64,000 nucleotides of DNA from Geopsychrobacteraceae bacterium (GTDB lineage Bacteria > Desulfobacterota > Desulfuromonadia > Desulfuromonadales > Geopsychrobacteraceae). Where the stretch lies: positions 256,001 through 320,000 of the forward strand of contig CAXXTB010000001.1 of assembly GCA_963676795.2 (NCBI GenBank), in the 5' to 3' direction. The position numbers were made by a program, and so were the translations under genes. Of this stretch, positions 47,752-58,762 are shown in pieces (position 1 is the first letter of the stretch; every line of letters starts with the position of its first letter). Below the pieces are notes generated by a model. It saw nothing but the letters and a program-made list of their open reading frames with translations, did no database searches and was not told the DNA's origin.

Positions 47752-48180
47752 CGGGCTTGTTTCAACTGATTTTCATCAAAACTCCGCAAAGCGGAGTTTT
47801 TCCGGTTCTGCGCGTTGTCAGCTGCTGGTGCATTGCTACGAAGTAACGAAGACTGATGTGAGACATATGAAAAGGGCGTTTTTTCCTCCTTTTGGGGCCT
47901 GGCCAAAAGGAGGGCGCCGTGCGGGGGCGCGACCCTGCGGTTTTGACTTTAATTACCAAAAATCAGAACCAGAACCGGCGGGTCTCGTCCCGCCAGACGA
48001 CGTCCTTTCCTTTTAGCGAAAAGGAAAGGACGCAAAGGAAACGCTAACGTCAACGGCATTGTTAGCAGACGGTTTGCTGTTTCTCCGTAGGACTTGGGCT
48101 ATAGAATTACTCGCGCTCGGACGATTCGCTACGCTCATCGACTCGCACAAGCGCAAAGCCGGAAGCTAAACTTCCGGCTT
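47752..48180 (+). repeat. Dispersed structured intergenic repeat, copy 3
   Basis: Collinear with the reverse complement of 4316-4775. Confidence 0.8.
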
Positions 48181-48243
48181 GATGGATCTCATATTAAAAA
48201 GCGAAGGCAGCTCATCGGAGCTGCCTTTTGATTGCAATACGAA

Positions 48244-49038
48244 TTATTTCAGGTACTGCTTGGCGGAATCCGCCTGACTTGAATCGGGATACTCTTCAAG
48301 CAGCTTCTGCATGGTTGTTCTGGCGTTAGTCCCGTCGCCCAGAGCGTTGAAGGCCAGCCCCTGTTTGAGCAGCGCCGCCGGTGCTTTCGGATGCTTCGGG
48401 TACGTGCTGATCACATCCTGAAACTGGAGGATCGCCTGCTCGTACTTCTTCTCGCCGTAGTAGGCTTCACCGATCCAGTACAGCCCATTCACATGGAGAT
48501 CATGTTTCGGATACTTGTCGATGAAAGATTCCAGCAGGGCGCGCCCTTCAGCGAATTTTTTCTGGTTACGGATCAGATCGAGGGCAGAGCTGTAAAGATC
48601 TTCCGGTGTTTCTGCAGCGACTGCCGGAGCGGAGGCAGCGGAGCTGCTGACTGGAGCTGCCGGCGCTGCCGCACGGGCCTGTTCCAGCTCATCGAGACGA
48701 TTCGCCAGGGAGACCAGCTGCATGCCAAGATCGTCCTTGACGATCTGCAGTTCGTCAGCAACCGCATGGTTGGCCTGGCCCAGATCGTCGATCCGCCCAT
48801 TGATCCCCTGAAATTCAACACGCATATTGTCGAGACCGGCCGTCAGTTCGGCAACCTGGCGCTCAAGCGTCACGCTGCCAAGGCTGCTCTGCTGGGCGGC
48901 ATCGACCTTGGCCACTTCGAGCTTGGCCAGACGTCGCTTCATCTCCTCCAGATCCATCTGCATACGGACCTGATCCTGGGTTGGCGGCAGGCAACCGGCC
49001 AGAAGAAATACGACTGCTAACAGATATAGATAACGCAT
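48244..49038 (-). CDS. cpoB: Tol-Pal system protein YbgF/CpoB
   Basis: Lipobox, coiled coil, TPRs (YWIGEAYY, PKAPAALLKQG); follows pal. Confidence 0.9.
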   Translation of the reverse strand: MRYLYLLAVVFLLAGCLPPTQDQVRMQMDLEEMKRRLAKLEVAKVDAAQQSSLGSVTLERQVAELTAGLDNMRVEFQGINGRIDDLGQANHAVADELQIVKDDLGMQLVSLANRLDELEQARAAAPAAPVSSSAASAPAVAAETPEDLYSSALDLIRNQKKFAEGRALLESFIDKYPKHDLHVNGLYWIGEAYYGEKKYEQAILQFQDVISTYPKHPKAPAALLKQGLAFNALGDGTNARTTMQKLLEEYPDSSQADSAKQYLK

Positions 49039-49108
49039 GATCAACTCCTGATACAAAAAAGGGCCGCACATATCTATGGGCGGCCCTTCACTGTGCTACT
49101 AAAGACTG

Positions 49109-49663
49109 TTAACGCTTGACCTTGAACTCGGCACGACGGTTCTGAGCGAAAGCGTCTTCGCTACGGGCCGGGTCGAGAGGCATCTCTTCACCGTAAGAGA
49201 TGATGCTCAGACGCTCAGCAGCGACGCCGAGAGCAACCATGTAGTTCTTGGTAGCCAGAGCACGCTTCTGACCAAGGGCCAGGTTGTACTCGTCAGAACC
49301 GCGCTCATCGCAATGACCTTCGATGAGAACGTTCAGAGCCGGAGCAGCTCTGAGCAGAGAAGCATTTGCTGCCAGAGTCCGCTTGGCATTATCGGTCAGG
49401 ACATATTGGTCAAAATCAAAATGAATACGTGCAAGACCTTTGGTTGCAGCCATTTCAGCGTTTCTTGCTTCAGCTTCAGCATCGTAGGTCACGTCCTGAA
49501 CCTGTTGTTCAGTGACACCTGCCGGCTGCTGCTGTTGCATCTCAACCTGGGCAGGCTGTTCAACCATGGTTTCTTCAGCGACCGGCTTTTTGGCACAACC
49601 GGCTGCCAGCATGGTCAGAGCGAAAAGCAACACAACCAGATGGGTGACGGTAAGTCTCTTCAT
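49109..49663 (-). CDS. pal: Peptidoglycan-associated lipoprotein
   Basis: EGHCDERGSDEYNLALG, SYGEE, NRRAE. Confidence 0.96.
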   Translation of the reverse strand: MKRLTVTHLVVLLFALTMLAAGCAKKPVAEETMVEQPAQVEMQQQQPAGVTEQQVQDVTYDAEAEARNAEMAATKGLARIHFDFDQYVLTDNAKRTLAANASLLRAAPALNVLIEGHCDERGSDEYNLALGQKRALATKNYMVALGVAAERLSIISYGEEMPLDPARSEDAFAQNRRAEFKVKR

Positions 49664-49779
49664 TTTTTACGACTCCTTTCGCATCTCGCGATCAGTATTT
49701 GATTTTCACTGCAAAAATTCGAGTCTTCATTATACCCAAGGTACTAACAAAAACAATATCAATTATTTACTACCAGAAA

Positions 49780-51087
49780 TCACCAACTTGCCGACCAGGC
49801 CGGGTGGCTGTCCTGGGAGGTGCCGCTGGTGATCTGGCGGGCACCTGTACCATCGGCGCGCATGATCCAGATCGACTTGCGTCCCCCCTCATCCTGCGAA
49901 TAGATCAGGAAGCGGCCATCCGGGCTCCAGCGTGGATGCTCCTTGCTCCCCTCGCCGAAGGTCAGCTGCCGTTCATCGCTGCCATCCGGCCGGATGGTAA
50001 AGATGTCAAAGTGACCGTTCATCAGCCGGGCAAAAGCGATCAGCTCCTGCTTCGGATTCCACGCCGGGGTCGCGTTGTATTTCCCTTCATAGGTCAGGCG
50101 CCGGACATCGAGGCTGTGGATATCGAGAATAAAGACATATGGGTTGCCAAGCCGGTCGGAAACGAAAGCGATCTCATTCCCTTTCGGGCTCCAGGACGGA
50201 TCGACATCGATACTGTAATGATTGGTCAGCCGCTTGTGGATGGTGCCGTCGGTGCCGATCAGGTAGAGTTCCGAGTTGCCATCCCTGGACAGGGTCAGGG
50301 CAATCTCCCTGCCATCCGGACTGTAACGCCCGCCGATGTTCAGCCCCTCCTTGAGCGACAGACGCGATTCCCGGCCGGTATAGATCTCCTTACGGTAGAG
50401 ATCCGGATTATTATTGGCATAGGAGGTGAAAATAACCTCTTTACGGTTGGGCGAGAAGTCCGGGTTGAGGACGATGGAATTGTGGCTGGTCATGCGCACC
50501 GGATTGTGACCGTCAACATCCATCAGGTAGAGCTCCTTGCGCCCCGTCGCCTTGGAGATGTAGGCAATCCGTTTGGCGAAGGGCCCCTGCTCACCGGTCA
50601 ACTGTTGCAGAATCCGGTCGGCGAAGGTGTGGGCGATCAAACGGATATCGCTGATCTTTCCAGTGTACCTGTTACCGGTCAGCAGACGCTGGGAAACAAC
50701 ATCATAGAGACGCAGATCAACGGTGACATTATTCCCTGCGATCTGGTAGCCCCCCTTGATCAGGGTCTCGGCACCAAGGACACGCCACTGCTGAAAATCG
50801 ACATCGCTGCTGCGCAGCCCAAGCCTTGCGGCATCGCCGAGAAAGGCCTGCGGGTTGACCAGGTCGAACAGACCGGACAGTTCGAGGTCCCCCTGCAGAG
50901 TCGTGTCGAACTCTGCGGCCAGCCCCGTCTGAGCGGCTCCCATCGGCAGCAGCCGGGTCAGGGCCAGCGGAATGGTCTGTTCACCGGGAGCGCTGATCTC
51001 AATGCGGGCCGCCTGGGTCGAGACTGCGGTCAGCATCAGCACCACAGCCAGAACAAGGGTTTTGATCTTTACTCTGTAGAAACTCAT
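49780..51087 (-). CDS. tolB: Tol-Pal beta-propeller protein
   Basis: AHTFAD N-domain, PD40 repeats PxWSPDG. Confidence 0.96.
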   Translation of the reverse strand: MSFYRVKIKTLVLAVVLMLTAVSTQAARIEISAPGEQTIPLALTRLLPMGAAQTGLAAEFDTTLQGDLELSGLFDLVNPQAFLGDAARLGLRSSDVDFQQWRVLGAETLIKGGYQIAGNNVTVDLRLYDVVSQRLLTGNRYTGKISDIRLIAHTFADRILQQLTGEQGPFAKRIAYISKATGRKELYLMDVDGHNPVRMTSHNSIVLNPDFSPNRKEVIFTSYANNNPDLYRKEIYTGRESRLSLKEGLNIGGRYSPDGREIALTLSRDGNSELYLIGTDGTIHKRLTNHYSIDVDPSWSPKGNEIAFVSDRLGNPYVFILDIHSLDVRRLTYEGKYNATPAWNPKQELIAFARLMNGHFDIFTIRPDGSDERQLTFGEGSKEHPRWSPDGRFLIYSQDEGGRKSIWIMRADGTGARQITSGTSQDSHPAWSASW

Positions 51088-51968
51088 TGTCTGTCCAACA
51101 TATCCTTCAGGTTAAAGATGACTTCAAACTCCGTCGCCTCGGGAAGCTCCTGGGGCAGCTGCCGGGACTTGGCAATCGCCCGGGTCAGTGACTCATCGAA
51201 GGCGTCGTTCCCCGATTTTTTGATGAATTTATAGTGCAGAAGAGTCCCCTGCCTGGAATAGCTCATCAGCACTTCGGCTTGCGGATTCCCGGCTGCCAGA
51301 TACTTTGAGAAACTCCAGTTCTGCTGAATAAACTCCTGAACATAGGCGATTGCTGAAACCCCGGCCTCATCCCCTTTGCCGTCCGCCATCCCAACCGGAG
51401 CATCCTTGACCGGCGATTCAAGCCGGGTGTCCTGGGCCAGCTGCGCCTTGAGAGCCGCGATACGCTCCTGACGGGCCTGCTCCTGGGCCTTCTGTTCCTG
51501 GGCTTCACGCATCTTTTTCAGCCGGTCTGCCAGGTTGTCCTCTGCCGCCTTGCTCGGTCCGGCGGGTTCGGGCTTTGGCGCTGGTTTAGGCGCAGGCTTG
51601 ACCGGTTCAGGTTTCGGTGCCGGTTTCGGCTTGGGCTGCGGCACAACCGGCTTGGGCTTGGGCGGAATCTTGACCGCTTCCGGTTTAGGCGCAGGAGTCG
51701 GTTTTGGAGCCGGTTTCGGTTGTGGCGCAGGCTTCGGCTTGGTCACAGTAGCTTCCGGTCGCCCGGCCTGGGGATTCTTGACGATCTTGTTGACCAGGTT
51801 GACCCGGTACACCGGTGGCTTCTCGACCTTGCGCTCGGGAAAGAACGGGGAATAATAGATGATCGGCACGAGCAGGTGGAGCAGCACCGAGATCACCAGC
51901 ATCCGCTTGAGTCCCGGCTCGATCGCTGATCTGAGCTGTCGTATGCGCTGTTTGCGTGAAGCTTCCAT
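51084..51968 (-). CDS. tolA: TolA/TonB-like energy transducer
   Basis: SxxLH TM motif, PK-rich linker, SG...FD.S..RAI C-domain. Confidence 0.85.
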   Translation of the reverse strand: MEASRKQRIRQLRSAIEPGLKRMLVISVLLHLLVPIIYYSPFFPERKVEKPPVYRVNLVNKIVKNPQAGRPEATVTKPKPAPQPKPAPKPTPAPKPEAVKIPPKPKPVVPQPKPKPAPKPEPVKPAPKPAPKPEPAGPSKAAEDNLADRLKKMREAQEQKAQEQARQERIAALKAQLAQDTRLESPVKDAPVGMADGKGDEAGVSAIAYVQEFIQQNWSFSKYLAAGNPQAEVLMSYSRQGTLLHYKFIKKSGNDAFDESLTRAIAKSRQLPQELPEATEFEVIFNLKDMLDRQ

Positions 51969-51978
51969 CGGCTTGTTA

Positions 51979-52401
51979 TCAGTCCTCAGGAAGTCGGGTC
52001 ACCATACCGAGTTTTTCCACGCCGGCTTTTTTCACAGCGGCCATGACCTGCACGACCCGACCGTAGGGGACCTTTTCGTCCGCTTCGAGAAAGACCTCGC
52101 GGTCCGGCTTGGTTTTCAGGGCCTGTTGAATGACCGGGCCGAGCTTGTCGACCTGGTCGACTGTTGCCTTGCCAATCAGGATCTTGCCGTTGCTCTGCAG
52201 GGTCACGACCAGCGGCTCCTGCTGAGCCGGCAGGCCTGGAGCTTCGGCAACCTGCGGCAGATCGACCTCGACCCCCTGCTCAAGCATCGGAGCGGTGACC
52301 ATGAAAATAATCAGCAGAACCAGCATGACGTCGACAAACGGCGTGACGTTGATCTGCGACAGGCTGCTGCGCCGGCCTCTGCCGGGCATCTCTGCGCCCA
52401 T
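51979..52401 (-). CDS. tolR: TolR
   Basis: INVTPFVDVMLVLLIIFMVTAP. Confidence 0.95.
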   Translation of the reverse strand: MGAEMPGRGRRSSLSQINVTPFVDVMLVLLIIFMVTAPMLEQGVEVDLPQVAEAPGLPAQQEPLVVTLQSNGKILIGKATVDQVDKLGPVIQQALKTKPDREVFLEADEKVPYGRVVQVMAAVKKAGVEKLGMVTRLPED

Positions 52402-52403
52402 TT

Positions 52404-53099
52404 TCAGCCCCTCCGGTCCAGATGCTCGACGATGTTGAGGAATTCCTGGCTGAAGTTATCCATCTCGCCGATCAGCACATTGACCTTGTTGAGGAAGTGG
52501 TTGTAGCCCATGACCGCCGGGATCGCTGCAGCCAGGCCGATGGCGGTGGCGATCAGCGCTTCGGAGATACCGGGAGCGACAACGGCGAGCGATGCGCTGC
52601 CCGAGGCGCCGATGCCGTGAAAGGCGTCCATGATCCCCCAGACGGTACCGAACAGGCCGATGAAAGGCGCCGTCGAACCTGTCGTCGCCAAAAAGGTCAG
52701 ATATTTTTCCAGGCGGTGGGTTTCCTGGGTCGTCGCCCGGCGCAGGGCGCGGTTGACGATCTCGGTCGTGCCCATCTTGGAAGAGAAATCACCCGGCTCA
52801 TGCTGCTCGCCGGCTTTCTTCTTCAGCTGCAGCATCTCATGGTAACCTTCACGGAACAGAACAGCGAGGGGCGTGGAATTGAAATCCTTGATCCCCTGGC
52901 CGATCAGGTCGAAGCGCTTCTTGGTCCAGAAGAATTCGAGAAAACGATCCGATTCCTTGATCGCTTTCTGAATGATGGTGGCCTTGTAGAAGATGATGGC
53001 CCAGGAGACCAGGGAAAAGTAGACAAGTATCAACAGGACCAGCTTGACCACCGGTCCGGCATTCAGCACCAACTCAAACAAGGTATTTCTCCTTTTCAA
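52404..53099 (-). CDS. tolQ: TolQ
   Basis: APFIGLFGTVWGIM, VAPGISEALIATA. Confidence 0.95.
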   Translation of the reverse strand: MKRRNTLFELVLNAGPVVKLVLLILVYFSLVSWAIIFYKATIIQKAIKESDRFLEFFWTKKRFDLIGQGIKDFNSTPLAVLFREGYHEMLQLKKKAGEQHEPGDFSSKMGTTEIVNRALRRATTQETHRLEKYLTFLATTGSTAPFIGLFGTVWGIMDAFHGIGASGSASLAVVAPGISEALIATAIGLAAAIPAVMGYNHFLNKVNVLIGEMDNFSQEFLNIVEHLDRRG

Positions 53100-53170
53100 T
53101 TAATGAGGATTCGACAACCATCCTACATTCTTTCGAACAGGCCAGATTATCCGGCAGCTGCAATGAACTG

Positions 53171-53866
53171 TCAAGCCAACAAAGCATAGAGCTTCTCCTT
53201 GATGAACCTTGCTGTTTCTGACGCTGGACTGCGGTCGAGCAGTTCCGTCAAAGATTGATGATCATCCAGATCCGACCAGTTCTTGAGCAATTTCACAGTC
53301 AGATTCAATTGTTCTGCGAGTTCACAACTCTGCTGCAAGACCTCTGGGGTACTCCAGCTGACGTCGCAGAACAGTTCCGGGTGATGCGCGCTCAGGCCGA
53401 TCAGATAATAGCCGCCATCTTCTGCCGGACCAAACACCACATCTCTGGAGCTGAGGCCCTCAAAAGCCTGATCCAGACAATCGAGCGGCAGGTCAGGCGT
53501 ATCGCTGCCGATCAGCAGCACCTGCTCAACTCCCTCGCTGAACAGAACGCTGAAGGCATTGGTCATTCTTTCGCCAAGATCCTTTCCGTGCTGCGCCTGC
53601 AAGCGGACAGCGGGAAAGGCCTCAGCAAACCAGCATCGATCTCCGCTGTAAAAGATCACGGGCTGATATTCGCCGCGGGAAGCAACACGTGTCACCGTCT
53701 CACGCAAAGAAACCTGATAAAGATCTGCGGCAGATGGAAAATCGAGGGGAGGGCAGAGTCGGGTTTTGACCTGTCCGGCAACCGGCTGTTTGGCGAATAT
53801 GCCAATAACCCGTTTTTCACCAGAATTTTCCGAAAACTTATCCACCTCGTCAACAGAGTTATCCAC
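53171..53866 (-). CDS. DUF2064/TIGR04282-type glycosyltransferase-like protein
   Basis: FAKQPVAGQVKTRL, DLGERM, IGSDTP, GPAEDGGYYLIGL. Confidence 0.88.
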   Translation of the reverse strand: MDNSVDEVDKFSENSGEKRVIGIFAKQPVAGQVKTRLCPPLDFPSAADLYQVSLRETVTRVASRGEYQPVIFYSGDRCWFAEAFPAVRLQAQHGKDLGERMTNAFSVLFSEGVEQVLLIGSDTPDLPLDCLDQAFEGLSSRDVVFGPAEDGGYYLIGLSAHHPELFCDVSWSTPEVLQQSCELAEQLNLTVKLLKNWSDLDDHQSLTELLDRSPASETARFIKEKLYALLA

Positions 53867-53875
53867 AGGCAGGCT

Positions 53876-54679
53876 CTAGGCTTCCTCGATCATGGCATAG
53901 GCTGAATGATTATGGATCGATTCAAAGTTCTCGCACTGCACCTTGAACCAGGTGATCTGCTTGATACTGCGCAGCTTTTCCGTCACCGCCCGGACCATAT
54001 CCTCGACAAACATCGGGTTGTCATAGGCCTGTTCGGTGACCGCCTTTTCGTCTTCACGCTTGAGCAGCGGAAAGACCGGACAGCTGGAACAGGCTTCGAC
54101 CCAGGCAATCAGGTCCTCGAGCCAGATATGCTCCTCGTAGCGGATCTGCACTGTCACCAGACTTCGCTGGTTATGGGCACCGCGCTCACTGATCTCCTTG
54201 GAACAGGGGCAGAGCGAGGTGACCGGAATCTGCGCCTCGAGGACAAAATCGTAGGCGTCGCCCAGGGTACCGAGCATCCGGCACTGGTAATCGAGCAGAC
54301 TGCGGGCCCCTGAGACCGGGGCCTGTTTCTCGATGAAATAGGGGAACGACAGCTCCAGGTGAGCGCGTCCGGCGCCGAGCCGCTGTTTCATCTCGACCAG
54401 GATCGCTTCCAGGTTCTCGACGCTGATCTCGCCGTGGTAGAGGTTCAGAACCTCAATAAAGCGGCTCATGTGCGTCCCCTTGAAATGTTCCGGCAAATCG
54501 ACGTACATGTTGACCCGGGCGACGGTATGCTGGCGTTCGTTGAGCTTGTCGAGCACAACGATCGGGTAGCGGATATCCTTGACCCCGACCTTGTCGATGG
54601 CGATGTTGCGCGTATCGCGGCTCTGCTGCATATCGGGCATCGCCGTTTTGCGCGGCTGTGACGACTTATCTGTTGGCAT
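53876..54679 (-). CDS. folE2: GTP cyclohydrolase IB
   Basis: [35 protein letters not shown]. Confidence 0.96.
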   Translation of the reverse strand: MPTDKSSQPRKTAMPDMQQSRDTRNIAIDKVGVKDIRYPIVVLDKLNERQHTVARVNMYVDLPEHFKGTHMSRFIEVLNLYHGEISVENLEAILVEMKQRLGAGRAHLELSFPYFIEKQAPVSGARSLLDYQCRMLGTLGDAYDFVLEAQIPVTSLCPCSKEISERGAHNQRSLVTVQIRYEEHIWLEDLIAWVEACSSCPVFPLLKREDEKAVTEQAYDNPMFVEDMVRAVTEKLRSIKQITWFKVQCENFESIHNHSAYAMIEEA

Positions 54680-55343
54680 AGGGAACGGGATCCTCCAGGC
54701 CGGCTTCGGCAAAACCTTTGAGACGCAGACGACAGGAATCACACTCTCCGCAGGAGAGCCCTTCGGGCGTCGGGTCGTAACAGGAATGGGTCAGGGCGTA
54801 GTCGACACCGAGTGCAACCCCCTGCCTGATCGTCTCGGCTTTGGTCAGGTGAATCAGCGGCGTGTGAATCCTGTAGGGATCCCCTTCGACGCCGGCCTTG
54901 GTTGCCAGGTTGGCCATCTTTTCAAAGGCCTCGATAAACTCGGGACGGCAGTCGGGATAGCCGGAATAGTCGAGGGCGTTGACGCCGATGAAGATATCGG
55001 AGGCGCCGAGCACCTCGGCCCAGCCCAGGGCGAAGGAGAGGAAGATGGTGTTGCGCGCCGGCACGTAGGTGATCGGAATGGCGTCTTCCTCGACCCCGGT
55101 CTTGGGGACGTCGATATCGGCGGTCAGGGCGCTGCCGCCCATCTTGCGCAGGTCGATATCAACCACCATGTGATCCTTGGCGCCGATCAGCGGGGCATAA
55201 TCCCTGGCCTTCTGCAATTCGACCGAGTGACGCTGACCGTAGGCGAAGCTTAGGGCGTAGGCCTCGAATCCCTGACTGCGGGCAATCGCCATACAGGTTG
55301 TCGAATCAAGCCCACCACTGTAGAGAACAACGGCTTTTTTCAT
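54666..55343 (-). CDS. queC: 7-cyano-7-deazaguanine synthase
   Basis: SGGLDS, YGQRH, YVPARN, GYPDCR, CGECDSC. Confidence 0.97.
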   Translation of the reverse strand: MKKAVVLYSGGLDSTTCMAIARSQGFEAYALSFAYGQRHSVELQKARDYAPLIGAKDHMVVDIDLRKMGGSALTADIDVPKTGVEEDAIPITYVPARNTIFLSFALGWAEVLGASDIFIGVNALDYSGYPDCRPEFIEAFEKMANLATKAGVEGDPYRIHTPLIHLTKAETIRQGVALGVDYALTHSCYDPTPEGLSCGECDSCRLRLKGFAEAGLEDPVPYANR

Positions 55344-55565
55344 CTAAAGAGTCCTTGATTAAAACAATTGCAAATCAAACATCCTGCGAGAATAGGCCGA
55401 ACCCCTTCAAGGGTCAAGCCCAGAAGGGGCTTCGCATGTTAAGTTACGGTAAAATCGTCATTCATCCAAACTCCCGGCCTTTCAGAGCTGTTGCCCAAGC
55501 TCTGCCGTCATGCTATAAAAATCACTCTGTTTTCCAACCCGAAGCATGTACGGTTATAAATTCAT

Positions 55566-57989
55566 ATGAAAAGTCTGCTCAGATACCTGCTGTTCGCCTG
55601 CATCGGCCTGCCTCTGCTCGGTTGTGCCCTGCTGATCGGCGCCTACTTCTACGTCTCTTCGACACTCCCCAGGGTCGAAACTCTGTCCGACTACCGGCCG
55701 CCGCTGAGCACCCAGATCCGCGCCGACGACGGTCAGATCATCGCCGAATACTCGCGGGAACGGCGGATTCTCGTACCCTACGACAAAATCCCCAAAACCC
55801 TGATCCAGGCCTTTGTCTCTGCGGAAGATTCCAACTTCTTCAAGCATAAGGGGATCGATTTCATCTCGATCGCCCGAGCGGCCCTGAAAAACGTCAAGGC
55901 GGGTGGCATCGCCCAGGGGGGAAGTACCATCACCCAGCAGGTTGCCAAAAAGATGCTGCTGACCTCCGAGCGGACCTTCAGCCGTAAATTCAAGGAAGCG
56001 ATCCTCGCCTGGCGTATGGAAAAACATCTGACCAAGGAAGAGATTCTCTATCTCTACCTCAACCAGATCTACCTCGGTCACCGCGCCTACGGCGTCGAGG
56101 CTGCGGCGCAGAACTACTTCGACAAGAATGTCGACCAGCTGACCCTCGCCGAATCGGCAATTCTCGCCGGTCTGCCCCAGGCCCCGAGCCGCTATTCCCC
56201 TTACAGCCACCTCGATCGCGCCAGGGAACGCCAGAAGTACGTGCTCGCCCGCATGGTCGAAGAAGGCTACATCACGCCGAACGAACGGCAACAGGCCCTG
56301 GTCCAGGAACTGACCATCAAGCCGCGCCTCAACAACCTGATGGATATCACCGCCTATTTCAATGAACAGGTGCGCCGTTACCTGGAGGAACGTTACGGCG
56401 AGGATATTCTCTACACCGGCGGACTGCAGGTCGAAACGACCATCAACCTGAAGATGCAGCAAGCCGCCGAAACGGCGGTCAAGGAGAACCTGAGAAATCA
56501 CGACAAACGCCAGGGCTACCGCGGACCGGCTATCGTCCTCGACCAGCAGGCGCAGCAGGAATTCTTTGCCAACCAGCTGGAACAGTTTGAAAAAGATCCG
56601 CTGACCGCTGGCGGCTTCAGCCAGGCGGTGGTCACCGGCAGCGATGGCGATAACCTGTTGTGCCGGGTCGGCGACCAAAAGGGCGTTATTTCACTCAAGG
56701 AGAGCCGCTGGGCGGGGCCGATCGAAATCGTCGAGAACCCCGAGCTGGCATCGGGTAATATCGCCAGTGACGAAAGCAAGGAGCAGGCCGTCACTCATCT
56801 GCCGCTCGGTTCGGTCATCGATGTGCGCATTCTTGATCTCGCCAGCCAGCCGCTCAAACTGAGCCTCGAACAGGAACCGCTGGCCCAGAGCGCCCTGATT
56901 GCCGTCAACCCGCACAATGGCCAGATCAAGGCGATGGTCGGCGGATACGACTTCAACAAGAGCCAGTTCAACCGGGCGATTCAGGCCAGGCGTCTGCCCG
57001 GCTCGGCGATGAAACCGATCATCTACGCCGCAGCCCTCGACCACGGCTACACCCCGGCGAGCGTCATCCTCGACACGCCACTGATCTACGAAAACCTCAA
57101 GGAGGAAAACGGCGAGCAGGAGCTGGAGGAGTGGAAACCGAAAAACTACGAGAAGCATTTTTACGGCCCGACCAGCTTCAGGGAAGCGCTGACCCATTCG
57201 CGCAACGTCGTTACCATCAAGATCCTCGAGGATATCGGCATCCGTTATGCCGCCAATTACGCCAAGAAGCTGGGGATCACCACGCCGCTGCAGCGCGATC
57301 TGTCGATGGCTCTCGGCTCAACGGCCCTGACCCCGCTGGAACTGCTGAGCACCTACTCGGTGTTCGCCAACGGCGGTGTGCTGATCAAACCGACCTACAT
57401 CACCCGCATCAGGGACCGTGACGGACGGATTCTCGAATCGGTCGATCCGGCCGATTTCCCCAACGGCATGGCGGCTGATCAGCACCTGATCGAGGCCGCG
57501 CCGCGCCGGGTCATCTCGCCGGAAACCGCCTACCTGATCACCAACGTCATGGAGAGTGTCGTGCAGAACGGAACCGGCCGCGGGGCACGGGCCATCGGTC
57601 GTCCTTCCGCCGGCAAGACCGGCACTACCAACGACCTCAAGGACGCCTGGTACATCGGCTACATTCCGCAGCTGGCCTGCGTCTCCTGGACCGGTTACGA
57701 CCAGGAGCGCCCCTTGGGCAGCAAGGAGACCGGCGCCAGGGCGGCACTACCGGCCTGGGTCAGCTTCATGAAGGCCGCCAGCCAGCAATACCCGGTGGAA
57801 AACTTCCCGGTTCCGGATAGCATCGAATTCCACCCGATCAACCCCAAGGACGGATTGCTGGTCACCGAAACGGACAAACGGGCTTACATCGAAGCCTTTG
57901 CTCCGGGAACCGCGCCGACCCGCACCAGCGAAGATGAACAGCTCAAAGCGCGCGACTTCTTCCGGCTCGATCTGGAAGGGCAGCTCTGA
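55566..57989 (+). CDS. mrcA: Penicillin-binding protein 1A
   Basis: Transglycosylase EDSNF, GGSTITQQ, RKFKE; transpeptidase SAMK, SRN, KTG. Confidence 0.95.
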   Translation: MKSLLRYLLFACIGLPLLGCALLIGAYFYVSSTLPRVETLSDYRPPLSTQIRADDGQIIAEYSRERRILVPYDKIPKTLIQAFVSAEDSNFFKHKGIDFISIARAALKNVKAGGIAQGGSTITQQVAKKMLLTSERTFSRKFKEAILAWRMEKHLTKEEILYLYLNQIYLGHRAYGVEAAAQNYFDKNVDQLTLAESAILAGLPQAPSRYSPYSHLDRARERQKYVLARMVEEGYITPNERQQALVQELTIKPRLNNLMDITAYFNEQVRRYLEERYGEDILYTGGLQVETTINLKMQQAAETAVKENLRNHDKRQGYRGPAIVLDQQAQQEFFANQLEQFEKDPLTAGGFSQAVVTGSDGDNLLCRVGDQKGVISLKESRWAGPIEIVENPELASGNIASDESKEQAVTHLPLGSVIDVRILDLASQPLKLSLEQEPLAQSALIAVNPHNGQIKAMVGGYDFNKSQFNRAIQARRLPGSAMKPIIYAAALDHGYTPASVILDTPLIYENLKEENGEQELEEWKPKNYEKHFYGPTSFREALTHSRNVVTIKILEDIGIRYAANYAKKLGITTPLQRDLSMALGSTALTPLELLSTYSVFANGGVLIKPTYITRIRDRDGRILESVDPADFPNGMAADQHLIEAAPRRVISPETAYLITNVMESVVQNGTGRGARAIGRPSAGKTGTTNDLKDAWYIGYIPQLACVSWTGYDQERPLGSKETGARAALPAWVSFMKAASQQYPVENFPVPDSIEFHPINPKDGLLVTETDKRAYIEAFAPGTAPTRTSEDEQLKARDFFRLDLEGQL

Positions 57990-58009
57990 GCAACCGGTTT
58001 TCAAAACGC

Positions 58010-58041
58010 AAAAAGGCCATCCGTTTCCGGATGGCCTTTTT
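58010..58041. terminator. Bidirectional intrinsic terminator
   Basis: AAAAAGGCCATCCG-N4-CGGATGGCCTTTTT. Confidence 0.88.
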
Positions 58042-58061
58042 GCGTATATTTCGTTTACCAG

Positions 58062-58736
58062 CTACCCTTTTGACTCCTGCTGGTCCACGCCATGGCGAAC
58101 GATTTCCCCTTCGATCTGGTAGATGACATCCTCGGCGATATTGGTCGCCAGATCCCCCATTCTTTCCAGGTAGCGGGAAACCGACAGGAAGTGCAGCAGC
58201 ACTTCCGTCATTTGCGGATTGTCGATGATCGCTTTCCTGATGATGACAAAGTTCTGCCGGTGAATCTGGTCGACCGGATCGTCCATCTCGATGGCCTGAT
58301 GGGCCAGCTCAGAGTCTGTTTTCATCAGCGCGTCGAGTGCGGTGCGCAGCATCTCCTTGACCTTATTGCCCATCGCCTCAACATCATAGGGGCTTTCCGG
58401 GCACATGATCCTGCTCAGGTCGATGGCCCGCTCGGCGATACTGCAGGCATGATCGGCCATGCGCTCAAGGTCATTGTTGATCTTGAGCACCGAAACGATA
58501 AAGCGCAGATCATGAGCCACCGGCTGATGAAGTGCGAGAACCTTGAGACAATCCTCTTCAAGTTCAACTTCCATCAGGTCGATCTTATCGTCATCCTTGC
58601 GGACCGAATCGGCCAGGGTCTTATCACAGGTCAGCAGAGCCTGAACCGCTTTCTGCACCTGTTCCTCAACCTCGGCACTCAGAGTCAACAGGCTTTTTTT
58701 CAGTTTATCCAGTTCAGCCTGAATCAGTACAGCCAT
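58062..58736 (-). CDS. phoU: Phosphate signalling protein PhoU
   Basis: QPVAHDLR, DLERMADH, LERMGDLATNIAE. Confidence 0.96.
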   Translation of the reverse strand: MAVLIQAELDKLKKSLLTLSAEVEEQVQKAVQALLTCDKTLADSVRKDDDKIDLMEVELEEDCLKVLALHQPVAHDLRFIVSVLKINNDLERMADHACSIAERAIDLSRIMCPESPYDVEAMGNKVKEMLRTALDALMKTDSELAHQAIEMDDPVDQIHRQNFVIIRKAIIDNPQMTEVLLHFLSVSRYLERMGDLATNIAEDVIYQIEGEIVRHGVDQQESKG

Positions 58737-58762
58737 AGTCGTATTCCTTTCCAGTTATCAAA

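Noticed and set aside
48020..48180. c-di-GMP-I riboswitch (GACGCAAAG, GCAAAGCC...CTAA)
   Set aside because: Lacks the first GGCAAA/GNRA stem, lies between convergent genes and is part of the dispersed repeat
49699..51234. 511-aa plus-strand ORF and other long antisense ORFs (e.g. 1183-2106, 55554-56678, 60099-61232, 62215-63237)
   Set aside because: Shadow ORFs opposite well-supported genes, as expected from GC-rich codon bias
55344..55565. preQ1 riboswitch upstream of queC
   Set aside because: No recognisable preQ1 stem or A-rich tail
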